64,000 nt of DNA from positions 2,637 to 66,636 of the IMG/VR virus record IMGVR_UViG_3300033141_004448; one strand, 5' to 3'. Each line of letters opens with the position of its first letter. Position 1 is the first letter of the stretch. The stretch is from a virus. The position numbers were made by a program, and so were the translations under genes. Under the pieces are notes generated by a model. It worked only from the letters and a program-made list of their open reading frames with translations, was not told the DNA's origin and made no database searches. Positions 9,915 to 19,195 of this stretch are shown piece by piece.

Positions 9915-10554
9915 ACTCCACTAATTTTCGTTGCTTTCGTTTTATCACGAATCCTATATTATTATAATACTTTTCAATCGAATCTTTTTTATCAAGTCTT
10001 AATACCCACATCTCTTTTCCACTTTTGAGTGTATTTCTGAATGATAAACTCGAATCAATTTCAAAATACTGTAATAATAACCGTTGAGCAAATTCTAACC
10101 ATTTTTTATGCGTGCTTTGTAATCTAAGTTTTAATATAATAAATTTATGACCTTTGTTATTCACTCCTCTGTATATTCCACAGTAACCATCAGAATCAAA
10201 CCATGATTGAAGAAAATGTTTTGGATATTTTTCACATAAATACATCAATCTTTCTTCTGTTTGTGATTTAAACCAATTATAAAATGGAGTATTTTTTATC
10301 TCAAATTTATATAACCATTGTTCACATTTTCTTCTCGGCTTTGTTCGACCTATATACAATTCTCTGTAATTGTGAAAAACTTTTAAAACATTCCTACCAA
10401 ACTCCTCGACAAATTCTTTATCTACCGCCGTTAAACGTAATACTCCATTTACTCTATTTCCTCTTTTTATTCCATAACATCCTCCATCACCAACAATAAA
10501 ATTACTTAAAATATATGACAGTTCTGGTGATGATTTAATTACAATATTTTTCAT
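9886..10554 (-). mobile_element. Free-standing LAGLIDADG homing endonuclease 1
   Basis: Two LAGLIDADG helices: YILSNFIVGDG and FLQSWFDSDG; no intein splicing motifs. Confidence 0.9.
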
Positions 10555-10558
10555 AGTA

Positions 10559-10657
10559 TCACTTCATTATCCCATACAGTTCTTTTTGTATAAAAATACA
10601 TTCCCACCATATTTCATTTGGAGTGAAATATTTTGGTGAGATTAACGCAAACTTCAT
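10559..10657 (-). pseudogene. Orphaned N-terminal stub of the CgeB-like glycosyltransferase
   Basis: MKFALISPKYFTPNEIWWECI(FIQKELYGIMK*) aligns with LKVALICPKYINKNECWGESI of 9078..9914 (12/21 identical). Confidence 0.75.
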
Positions 10658-10658
10658 T

Positions 10659-11552
10659 TTAACATTTCACGCCCCATATCAATGACTCTAACTCGTCTTT
10701 TATCCTGTTTTTACACACGCTAAAATCATACTTTGGCTTAATTGCTATTGATCTTACTACCAAATCGTTTTCATGTGAATGAATTACCTCTGCAATTCCC
10801 AATGCACCGCAAGCTATACGAAAAGAGCGAGAACCAATTTCCCACATTGAATTATAATAATACTTGCAATTTGCGATTTCACGCAACCACGAATGCCAAT
10901 GCATTTCTTTGACTTCATTCTCGAACAATCCTTCGACTCTTCCGTTGTAACGCTCACACATTGTGGCAAGCGTTTTAAGCTTGTATTTTTCTTTGAATAG
11001 CCAGCTTAAAATACCGTTATACACCTTTGATACCGAACCGATCACGAGCAATTCATACTCGCGTTTGTCAAACGGAATTAAGAAATTATCTTTTACCCAT
11101 TTCACAGGATATGGTGTATAAAAAGTCTTCACGTTATCGTGAATCATGCTGTAGGTATTCATAGCGCGTTCGTCTTCGTGAACATAAACCATATCCACGT
11201 ACTCTTTCACGGCTTTAAAGTGATCAACTTGTCCTTGTGGCGACATTCGGAATATCATTGATATATCGTCTTCCTGCAACATTACTATCTTTGCTTTCGG
11301 AAAAAAACTCTTGACTTTTTTAAATACTTTCACGTGAAAGTTTTCTGGACCTTTACATTGCTGAACGAAGACAATATCAATATCGCCCATATCATGAAAT
11401 AATATTGGCTTCATAAACTCATTCAAGTTAATATAATACACGTCATTCGGAAATAGATCACCGAGTGCACCCCAATTATAGTATTTTGGCGGGTTTGTTT
11501 CGTGCCGCCACCAACCGTAATCGTTTAATGCCGAAATTAATATCATTTTCAT
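10659..11552 (-). CDS. Putative glycosyltransferase (GT-B-like, divergent)
   Basis: MKMILIS start, Rossmann-like segments, RIACGALGI at the donor-binding position; island context. Confidence 0.55.
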   Translation of the reverse strand: MKMILISALNDYGWWRHETNPPKYYNWGALGDLFPNDVYYINLNEFMKPILFHDMGDIDIVFVQQCKGPENFHVKVFKKVKSFFPKAKIVMLQEDDISMIFRMSPQGQVDHFKAVKEYVDMVYVHEDERAMNTYSMIHDNVKTFYTPYPVKWVKDNFLIPFDKREYELLVIGSVSKVYNGILSWLFKEKYKLKTLATMCERYNGRVEGLFENEVKEMHWHSWLREIANCKYYYNSMWEIGSRSFRIACGALGIAEVIHSHENDLVVRSIAIKPKYDFSVCKNRIKDELESLIWGVKC

Positions 11553-11563
11553 TTTATCAACTC

Positions 11564-11689
11564 CTATATATCAATTTCTTCGAAATCACTACAGGCAACT
11601 GCATCACATTGACACTCCACTTGATGATACTCACAAAAACCAATATCCTCTTCGAGGTAACGCCAATAAAAACACTCATTACACTTCAT
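11564..11689 (-). CDS. 41-aa Cys-rich microprotein
   Basis: Hand translation MKCNECFYWRYLEEDIGFCEYHQVECQCDAVACSDFEEIDI*. Confidence 0.55.
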   Translation of the reverse strand: MKCNECFYWRYLEEDIGFCEYHQVECQCDAVACSDFEEIDI

Positions 11690-11819
11690 TTTTTTTAACC
11701 GCACGTAGTATTAATTCAAATATTCTTCTCGGAAATTTTAGTATTCGTAATTTCCACGCAATGTCTGACCACATTTCGAATGGTACCGACAAAAACCTTC
11801 TCAAGCCAGAAAAATTTTT
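11679..11819 (-). pseudogene. Displaced duplicate C-terminus of the radical SAM gene
   Basis: Start-less frame KNFSGLRRFLSVPFEMWSDIAWKLRILKFPRRIFELILRAVKKNEV* aligns with KNFRGLKRLLSLPFELWANVGWKFRIFRFPKKYFEYVLQLVKR (23/43 identical). Confidence 0.85.
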
Positions 11820-12469
11820 CGATTAAACTCCCTCTCCAGAATCCTCTGTTTTCGAATGATCGTAAATCCAACTTTTTTATAAAAATTATATTTGTCTTCC
11901 TTTTTTGATATACGCAACTCATATACTCTTTTATAGTGTTCTCTTTTCTTTTTACGTTCATATATTTTTGTATCTATACCAAAATACTTAGAAAGTAGAT
12001 ATTGTGCGAAATCTATCCATTCTTTATTAGTATTAATTAGTATCAGACTGAAATATTTACCTATTGAATTACGGTTTTTCCTACGATAATTATATATTCC
12101 AACACTTCCATCAGAATTAAACCACGATATAAGAAATTCACGTGGATATTTTTCGCATAAGCACATTAATTCTTTAGTAGTTTTTGATTTAAACCATTTA
12201 TGAAATGCTTGACTATAAAAAATTACAAGATAATTTTCTTTTCTATTTTTTGTCCCACGTGGTACTGTAATAATAGGAGGATTATTACTCTTACCAAACG
12301 TTCGTAAGACATTCTGCATATGGAATCTAAATTCCTCTGTAAATTCTTTGTCTATACTTTGCATCCTTATCATAAATTGAGATGGTTTAACAACATACAC
12401 ATTACCATCTCCAACAATTAAATTACTTAATATATAAGACAACGAAGGCGAACACTCTGGTTCAATCAT
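11801..12469 (-). mobile_element. Free-standing LAGLIDADG homing endonuclease 2
   Basis: YILSNLIVGDG and FLISWFNSDG; paralog of 9886..10554 (both 222 aa; shared LCEKYP and RKQR). Confidence 0.9.
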
Positions 12470-13692
12470 TTTTTATAACTCCTTTTTACTAATTGTAATA
12501 CATATTCGAAGTATTTTTTAGGAAAACGAAAAATACGAAACTTCCATCCAACGTTTGCCCACAGTTCGAATGGTAATGACAATAGACGTTTTAAACCTCT
12601 AAAATTTTTTCTTATATTATCTTTTCTGAATTTCAAACCACATAACCAATATAAACTATGCTTTGCAATATCGAAATTTACGTGCTCGGGAAACATTCTC
12701 TGGAGTTCAGACGGATAACTTGCATAAGTGTACATACTAAATCTTGCCTGAGGAATCCATGATTTTGTAATATCAATGAATGTCATTAAGTCTAATAAAT
12801 CTTCACGCGTTTCGGTAGGCAGTCCTACCATGAAAGAGAACATTGGAGATACATTAGGAAATTTTTTGAATACGAATTCTAACTTAAAGTAGTTTAAAAC
12901 CGTTGATTTAAACTTGCAATTGAGTAATTCTCTTAACCGCTCACTTGTTGTTTCCAATCCGATTTCGATTGACACGCAACCGCAATCACTCATTTCTTTT
13001 ATAGTTTTATAATTGATTTTATTAACGTCCATGTTACAATGCCATTTCATCTTGCATGACTTTAATTCTTCTCCAATTCTTTTATCCCACTTGAAATTAG
13101 GATCGCCGATAGATACAAAATCGTGACCAGCATTTTTTATTGTCCATATTTCTTTTATTACACGATTGACAGGAACTGGAGTCCACTTGCCATTCACGGT
13201 ACAAAAACGGCATTTATTATTACAGCCGAAACTCGTGAAAAGTAACGGTTTAAATATCTTATAGAAGCGTTTCGTTTTTTCGGTAACGGGATCTTGCATA
13301 TCGAATCTTTCATTTATGAAATGCACGTCATAACTTAATGATTTATAATAAAACGATTCGAGTTTTTCTTTGCCTTTATTTATTGCCTTGTACCCTCCAA
13401 CATAAAAATTCATAATCCCTAATTTTTCACGAAGATAACCCATTAATAACTCGCAATGTTCCCATTGCGTGCCTTCCATTGAAGAAAACATTACATGTTT
13501 TGCCTTACCCGCAAGTTCTATTAGCGTATAATAAGAATCACACCGTTCGTCCCAATACTCGACATTATACCCTTCTGCTTCATATCGTGCTCCTACTTTC
13601 ATTATGGAAAGCGGAATGTATTGGTCGCCAGAATGCTCGTCAATCTTTGGATAAATAAGTAAATAATCTATTTCATTCATAACATTTTGCAT
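12466..13692 (-). CDS. Radical SAM protein with B12-binding-like N-terminal domain
   Basis: TSFGCNNKCRFC (CxxxCxxC), IGLET, FMVGLPTET; N-terminal LLIYP...PLSIM. Confidence 0.85.
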   Translation of the reverse strand: MQNVMNEIDYLLIYPKIDEHSGDQYIPLSIMKVGARYEAEGYNVEYWDERCDSYYTLIELAGKAKHVMFSSMEGTQWEHCELLMGYLREKLGIMNFYVGGYKAINKGKEKLESFYYKSLSYDVHFINERFDMQDPVTEKTKRFYKIFKPLLFTSFGCNNKCRFCTVNGKWTPVPVNRVIKEIWTIKNAGHDFVSIGDPNFKWDKRIGEELKSCKMKWHCNMDVNKINYKTIKEMSDCGCVSIEIGLETTSERLRELLNCKFKSTVLNYFKLEFVFKKFPNVSPMFSFMVGLPTETREDLLDLMTFIDITKSWIPQARFSMYTYASYPSELQRMFPEHVNFDIAKHSLYWLCGLKFRKDNIRKNFRGLKRLLSLPFELWANVGWKFRIFRFPKKYFEYVLQLVKRSYKK

Positions 13693-14291
13693 GTATCATC
13701 ACCATTTTTGAATAATACTTCTGATATGTCAAACACGCTATATTTATAAAACCGGACATTGATATTTTTCCACACGATCTTTATGTTATGCACCTCATAG
13801 CGTAATCGCGGTGGTAATATCGTTATATCGGCATTAAAATACTCTGAAATGTTTATCACGTTTTCCGTGATGTCGTCAGAAAAATATGGCATATCCGACT
13901 GCAAGCGTACAGGCGTGTTAATATCAAGGTATAAACAAAATTGCGTGAATAACTCATTAAAAAAATCAAATAATTTTATGTGGTATTTACCGTTTATAAT
14001 TGACTTTATATCATCTCTATATTTTTTATAATACTTGAATTTATAAAACGTGTCGTCATATTTCTTCCACAATTTCCTTTGCCACGAAGAATCGCCGTTG
14101 TATATACGTATGTCTTCGAATTCAGTGAAACGATTATTAATGACAGGTATCGTTACACCATAACATTTATTATACAATTGTGGCAATTTCTCGCGATCTA
14201 ACACGACAAAAACGTCTGCTTCCTTTAATGCACGCCAAAAATGTATCGTGCCAAAAAAAGGGATGTAATCAATTAATATTTTCCTCATCAT
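13677..14291 (-). CDS. WbqC-like protein (divergent)
   Basis: YIPFFG...ADVFVVLD...TIPV...WQRK; paralog of 15174..15908. Confidence 0.7.
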   Translation of the reverse strand: MMRKILIDYIPFFGTIHFWRALKEADVFVVLDREKLPQLYNKCYGVTIPVINNRFTEFEDIRIYNGDSSWQRKLWKKYDDTFYKFKYYKKYRDDIKSIINGKYHIKLFDFFNELFTQFCLYLDINTPVRLQSDMPYFSDDITENVINISEYFNADITILPPRLRYEVHNIKIVWKNINVRFYKYSVFDISEVLFKNGDDTCKML

Positions 14292-14487
14292 TCTCTTCCT
14301 CGTAAATAAACATTCTGTCTTTTATCACCGTAAATTAACCACGCGTTTTTTGCCATGCCTTACACCCTTTACACGGTTCTTTACTCATTGGCGTATTTAC
14401 AAACACGCATTTTTTGCAATAATTTTCGTATATTTCGTGTTGCCACCTATTATATGCATGAATACAATTTCCAAACATTTTATCACC

Positions 14488-15174
14488 TCAAATATGGTAA
14501 TCGACTATTACAACATAATCATTCGGCTTTAGTTTATCGAGAAACCTCTCTTTGAATTTCATTGCCCAACTTACAACATTTTCTGTTCTTTCGTACCATT
14601 TACCATTTTTACACAACACCGAATAGGTATGAAAATACTTACTCGATTTAATTAAATCTTTTTTATACTCTTCTGAATATGGAAAGTGTGAAATTTCATA
14701 TTCAGCTACTATTTGTATTTTCTTTTGTATTCCTTCCCAATCAACCTGAAAAACATACGCACCGTCATACCCGCATAATCCACTATCACGACCCATTAAT
14801 CCTTTTTTTCCTTTTATTGCACCAAATGGAGGCTCTTTCAAAAGTAACATTCCTTGCCACCGACCGCCAATTTCATACCAGTCATACTTTGCATTTGGGT
14901 TACGCCAATAACCATAAACATTTATATTTTCGCTAAATTCATAACCATACCATTTTTCTAACCATTCTTTTGCATTCTTATATTCATACTCTTTTTGATA
15001 ATCTGAATGTTTTACCTTCCACTCTTCGAATTTACTTTCGAGTTCGTCTTTTTTAATTTCAACAACAAACTCTTTTTTCAAGCACTCATAATACGGTTTC
15101 ATCACTTTTTCGAGTTCGTCCCTTATATTTTCTGGTTTTTTAGGGAATACCACCATTAATGCATAATGTGTCAT
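14488..15174 (-). CDS. Viral hypothetical protein
   Basis: NPNAKYDWYEIGGRWQG and terminal VIVDYH, a pattern I recall from uncharacterised phage proteins. Confidence 0.65.
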   Translation of the reverse strand: MTHYALMVVFPKKPENIRDELEKVMKPYYECLKKEFVVEIKKDELESKFEEWKVKHSDYQKEYEYKNAKEWLEKWYGYEFSENINVYGYWRNPNAKYDWYEIGGRWQGMLLLKEPPFGAIKGKKGLMGRDSGLCGYDGAYVFQVDWEGIQKKIQIVAEYEISHFPYSEEYKKDLIKSSKYFHTYSVLCKNGKWYERTENVVSWAMKFKERFLDKLKPNDYVVIVDYHI

Positions 15175-15908
15175 TATATCAACTCCTTTGTTTTTTCTCC
15201 GATATTGAATAGAGCGTCAATTACGCTCATTTGTGGAATAAATGGTTCATAAACTTGCTCATACACGGGATGCTCATATTCCTGAAACGAAATCTCAATG
15301 CCTTCACGTTCGAATAAGTCCATGTCGGCATAATTCTTTCCGTCTGCACCGAATAGGAAATGATCGATCTTTAAATTGTAACACAATTGGACAATCTTAT
15401 CGCTTGCGCTACCGAATAAATATTTCAAGTCTTCCTTTTTTCGTTCCGAATATCTCCACCTGCCGCCAGACTGGACTATCACGTATGATTTAATATCCAG
15501 CCAATTTTTAATCAGGAATATCAATTTGATATTCAATTCGGATAAACGTTTATTTTCTGCACAAAGAACGCGCTTGATATACTTGTAGTATTTCTTGAAG
15601 TATTTTGCTTTGCCGTAATTCACTTCTAACGCACGTAAGATTTTCCGTTGCCAATTCTGAGTGTTATCAATTTTTATCTCATTAAATCTCATTTGTTTTC
15701 CGGTATGAATTATCGGCACGGTTATATATTGCCACCCTTTCTCCGTGCCAATGCGTATCTTATTCCTGTTATCAAACTTATTCTTATCTCCAAAGTTAGC
15801 GGGATAACAATCCATTAATACGAACACGTCCGACCGTTTCATTTTCGACCAAAACCCTAGGTATGGAAGAAAAATCGGTTGATGTGCAGACAATATTGTA
15901 TTTGCCAA
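15174..15908 (-). CDS. WbqC-like protein
   Basis: AHQPIFLPYLGF, DVFVLMD, NRNKI, TVP, NYGKA, HPVYEQ...FIPQMSVIDALFN. Confidence 0.9.
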   Translation of the reverse strand: MANTILSAHQPIFLPYLGFWSKMKRSDVFVLMDCYPANFGDKNKFDNRNKIRIGTEKGWQYITVPIIHTGKQMRFNEIKIDNTQNWQRKILRALEVNYGKAKYFKKYYKYIKRVLCAENKRLSELNIKLIFLIKNWLDIKSYVIVQSGGRWRYSERKKEDLKYLFGSASDKIVQLCYNLKIDHFLFGADGKNYADMDLFEREGIEISFQEYEHPVYEQVYEPFIPQMSVIDALFNIGEKTKELI

Positions 15909-15917
15909 TCTATCAAC

Positions 15918-16190
15918 TCATTCATTCTTCGATTTTGCTTTCAACGTTGCAATACGATTAATGGTGTAATAAAAAAGATCTGGCGTATCTTTAACAAAAT
16001 GTAATAATTGTAATACCATTTCCGGTTGATTAATCAGATTCATTTCTATTTTATTTACACCTTCATTAGTAAGCCTGTATTGTTTTATACCATTTACTTC
16101 AATATACTCCATTAATCCTTCTTCGCATAGAGAATTCAATGCTTCTTTAATTACATTTTCTTTCATTCTATCAACTCCTTTTACATGCAT
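15918..16190 (-). CDS. Winged-helix-like small protein
   Basis: ALNSLCEEGLM...YRLTNEG wing motif. Confidence 0.55.
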   Translation of the reverse strand: MHVKGVDRMKENVIKEALNSLCEEGLMEYIEVNGIKQYRLTNEGVNKIEMNLINQPEMVLQLLHFVKDTPDLFYYTINRIATLKAKSKNE

Positions 16191-16825
16191 AATTCTGTTT
16201 CGATTATATTTTTTATATCAATCACTTTACGCAACTGAACCCTGTGAATGTTCGGAAACCTCCAATACGGATCTTTACCCGCAAGATAATGAAACCTCGC
16301 GTGTTTCTTCTCCTGAAACGGTATGGATTTCAGCCACCCAAAATGATGAATTCGGTGATTATTCAATATGATCAAATTTGACGTATCAACGTTAATCGAC
16401 TCGTGCACGGTACCACGCCACGAGTAATACTTTTTATTGTATAACCTGCACTGATAATCGGGATAACAACCAGAATCAATTCTTATGTGCTCGTAATCTC
16501 CGAAATAATTATATCTCGGAAACGCATACGCCTTATCGTTTCTCAGCTCCATAAAAAATATGGAATAAAGAGTATCGGTGTTGATATACTCGTCCGCGTC
16601 GAGCATTAGAATCCAATCCGTGCTTGCATTAACCGCCATTTTGTTTCTCACGCAAGAAAAATTCTTTATTAACTTGCTTTCGTTATCTTGCGGATAAACG
16701 GTATAGAAGATCTTATTCTCACCGACCATTCTTGACCGAATGATCTTTAGCTGTCGATCCTTCCACCGAAGATACTGCTCGTCAGTACCGTCATTGCGGC
16801 TAATAACACAGATTGTTAATTCCAT
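16181..16825 (-). CDS. Glycosyltransferase family 2
   Basis: FSCVRN, DWILMLDADE, YPDYQCRLY, WRGTVHE, IHHFG. Confidence 0.85.
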   Translation of the reverse strand: MELTICVISRNDGTDEQYLRWKDRQLKIIRSRMVGENKIFYTVYPQDNESKLIKNFSCVRNKMAVNASTDWILMLDADEYINTDTLYSIFFMELRNDKAYAFPRYNYFGDYEHIRIDSGCYPDYQCRLYNKKYYSWRGTVHESINVDTSNLIILNNHRIHHFGWLKSIPFQEKKHARFHYLAGKDPYWRFPNIHRVQLRKVIDIKNIIETELCM

Positions 16826-16837
16826 TTTATCAACTCC

Positions 16838-16981
16838 TCATTCATTATCGTCAAATATTTTCCATTTTCCGTAGGTTAATCTTATCCTACATTTCGGGCA
16901 CTGTTTTGGTCGCTCTACAATCGGTCGCCACGTGTACCCACACTTTTTACAGGTTAATGGTTCGTGTTCTTTTAGTGCCAT
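16838..16981 (-). CDS. 47-aa zinc-ribbon protein
   Basis: GGTGA RBS; MALKEHEPLTCKKCGYTWRPIVERPKQCPKCR... Confidence 0.7.
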   Translation of the reverse strand: MALKEHEPLTCKKCGYTWRPIVERPKQCPKCRIRLTYGKWKIFDDNE

Positions 16982-17143
16982 GATTTTTCACCGAGTAATG
17001 TATATCACAACGTGTATATTAATATTATGATTAAGAAAATGGTATTGGAAAACGTGATGGCAGGTATTAGTTTTCACAATATATACTCTAAAAAAATTGA
17101 TAAAAAAGTACTATTTTTGAATATGAAAAAGTGTTATTTCCTA

Positions 17144-17195
17144 GTGACAGTGACAGTAGTGACAGTAATAGTGACAGTGACAGATATTCTGTCAC
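17144..17195. repeat. Five direct GTGACAG repeats plus one inverted copy in the divergent intergenic region
   Basis: Copies at 17144, 17150, 17159, 17171, 17177; inverted CTGTCAC at 17189. Confidence 0.85.
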
Positions 17196-17353
17196 GAAAA
17201 AGTACAATCTGTACTTGGTAGGCGCGACCGAGAAAACCACTTTTTGTTCTTCCTTTATAAATAAAAACAAGAAAAAATTTAAAAATAGCAAAAATGATAT
17301 GAGAAGTATGAAAAAAATTGTAACGAAAATATGAAAAATAATGATTATTAGGT

Positions 17354-17560
17354 GTGAAAAGTATGGTCAGAAAAATCCGCTTCACGATAAGTCTTGATGA
17401 AATCACGTATAATAAATTAGAATATTACCGTGTTAAGCTTCACCAGAAACGAAGCGAGGTAATAAAAAATGCAATCTACTTGTGGTTCGAAAATATTCTC
17501 ACTAATCCGATACTAAAAAAGGTGCTAACGGATGACGAAAACGAAGATAAAGAAGAATAA
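17354..17560 (+). CDS. Ribbon-helix-helix (CopG-like) regulator
   Basis: RFTISLDE...KRSEVIKNAI. Confidence 0.7.
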   Translation: MKSMVRKIRFTISLDEITYNKLEYYRVKLHQKRSEVIKNAIYLWFENILTNPILKKVLTDDENEDKEE

Positions 17561-17798
17561 AAAGAAATGGAAGTGTGTAGGTGAACGACAATATATTGTA
17601 TGTCTTCCACAATTTTATGCTGAAAAAATAGACTCACTCGTGAAAAGTTCACTTTATCCATCAGAAGACGCATTATTCATTTCAATGGTTGAATGGTGGT
17701 TGAATCAACCGTCCACGCAAAGAAAGATAGATTATGCTGAGGAGTGGCAAGCAGAAAATCAAATTGAAATTGAAGGAGAATACGAAAATTTTTCTTGA
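17532..17798 (+). CDS. RHH-like protein
   Basis: YIVCLP...KIDSLVKSSLYPS pattern. Confidence 0.5.
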   Translation: MTKTKIKKNKKKWKCVGERQYIVCLPQFYAEKIDSLVKSSLYPSEDALFISMVEWWLNQPSTQRKIDYAEEWQAENQIEIEGEYENFS

Positions 17799-17835
17799 AG
17801 AAAGATTTTTATTTTTACTTTGTTACTAACTTAGT

Positions 17836-17970
17836 ATGAAATATATCAATATCGTTTTTGAGGATAAAGAATTTGAATTTCTGAAAGAAAAAAAAGGCAA
17901 TTTATCATGGCGTGAATTTATTTTAAAGTTACTTGAGGTGGATAAAAAGAATGGAAGAAAAAAGAAATGA
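17836..17970 (+). CDS. 44-aa RHH-like protein
   Basis: Hand translation MKYINIVFEDKEFEFLKEKKGNLSWREFILKLLEVDKKNGRKKK*. Confidence 0.6.
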   Translation: MKYINIVFEDKEFEFLKEKKGNLSWREFILKLLEVDKKNGRKKK

Positions 17971-18101
17971 AAAAGAAATCGCTATTTCTATGTTAAGTAA
18001 TTTTTTTGAGAGGAATGAAATATTCAATTTTAAAATATCGGACACGAAAGAATATAATAGTGACACGAATCAACTTATTAGTTGTTTTATCATAGAAATG
18101 A

Positions 18102-18710
18102 ATGGGATCGAAAAGAAAAAATAAACTCAGTGAAAATACGTTGAGTAATTTTGATAACTTTTTGTTTATCGGGGCGCACCCTGACGATATTGTCATTAGT
18201 TGCGGTGGAATGATACAACGGTTGTTAAAGCACGGTAAAACTGTAATTGCGTTGTGCTTGACAGGTTTTAGAAACAAAGTAAGATCGAATGAATATATTA
18301 AGGGAATGAGATTATTAAGCGTAAACGATTGGTCAATATTTGAATTTAATGACAAGGAAATCAAATTGAAAGAAATTTTACCGTGCATTGAAAAATTCAT
18401 TTCTTCGTATGAAATTAATACGATATTCACGCATTGGCACGGTTGTGTTCATCAAGATCATAGGGTAGTATCGGAAGCAAGTCGTATTGCCGCAAGAAAA
18501 GGCAACGTGAATTTGATCTACTACGAAGATTACAGGCACAAACTAAGCCAGTTTGCGTGGAAGCCGAACACGTTTTTCACAATGACAGAAGAAGAGTTGG
18601 ATAAAAAAAGAAAGGCATTATACTGCCACGAATCGCAAAAAGGAACGTGGATGGAGAAGGTACTTCGCGATAATGTCGAGCGTTTTGAGATAGGATACTT
18701 GTCATTATAA
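18102..18710 (+). CDS. PIG-L/LmbE family de-N-acetylase
   Basis: GAHPDD, HQDH, HESQ motifs. Confidence 0.9.
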   Translation: MGSKRKNKLSENTLSNFDNFLFIGAHPDDIVISCGGMIQRLLKHGKTVIALCLTGFRNKVRSNEYIKGMRLLSVNDWSIFEFNDKEIKLKEILPCIEKFISSYEINTIFTHWHGCVHQDHRVVSEASRIAARKGNVNLIYYEDYRHKLSQFAWKPNTFFTMTEEELDKKRKALYCHESQKGTWMEKVLRDNVERFEIGYLSL

Positions 18711-18721
18711 TTCCTCTATGA

Positions 18722-19195
18722 TTATAATCCATGCCACTTTTTATGGCATTCGTCACAAACCGTAAGAAGATTATCGTGACTAAGTGACATTTCAGGGAAT
18801 ATTATAACACTATTTATATGATGAATGTTTCTAGCTGGTTTTTTTCCGCATATTTTACACGTATAATTATCTCGCTTTAATATTTCTATTCTACATTTTG
18901 CCCATTCTTTTGAATTGTAAAAATTATTTGCTGACTTGAATCGTTTTTCCCATTCGTTTTTGGTAAATCCCTTCGGATTGTCGTTTTTTGTCATTCTTAT
19001 ATTGTGGATGTTGCTAGCATTTAATCGTTCTTGTACATCCAGTACCTTTATGATGAGAAGTCTACGTTCATCAATCAATTCAGGTGTCATACCACTTATA
19101 TCGTAATCAATTTCGTCTAATATTTCTCTGCAATATGGTTCATCAATGTTATCTTTACAGTATTTATCTAATTCGTATATTTTATTAAATTTCAT
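18722..19195 (-). CDS. HNH endonuclease
   Basis: RDNYTCKICG...HHI...NLLTVCDECHKKWH. Confidence 0.85.
   Translation of the reverse strand: MKFNKIYELDKYCKDNIDEPYCREILDEIDYDISGMTPELIDERRLLIIKVLDVQERLNASNIHNIRMTKNDNPKGFTKNEWEKRFKSANNFYNSKEWAKCRIEILKRDNYTCKICGKKPARNIHHINSVIIFPEMSLSHDNLLTVCDECHKKWHGL

Noticed and set aside
9886-12469. Intron or intein interpretation of the two free LAGLIDADG genes
   Set aside because: No intein termini; flanks are duplicated gene ends and not complementary exons; no room for a group I core
17144-17195. Possible mini-CRISPR array
   Set aside because: 7-bp units without spacers; no 25-40 bp repeat-spacer structure noticed anywhere in the window
17131-17334. ORFs with SDSDSS or VTVTVV repeats
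   Set aside because: They are translations of the GTGACAG DNA repeat in an intergenic region, without RBS or protein-like sequence
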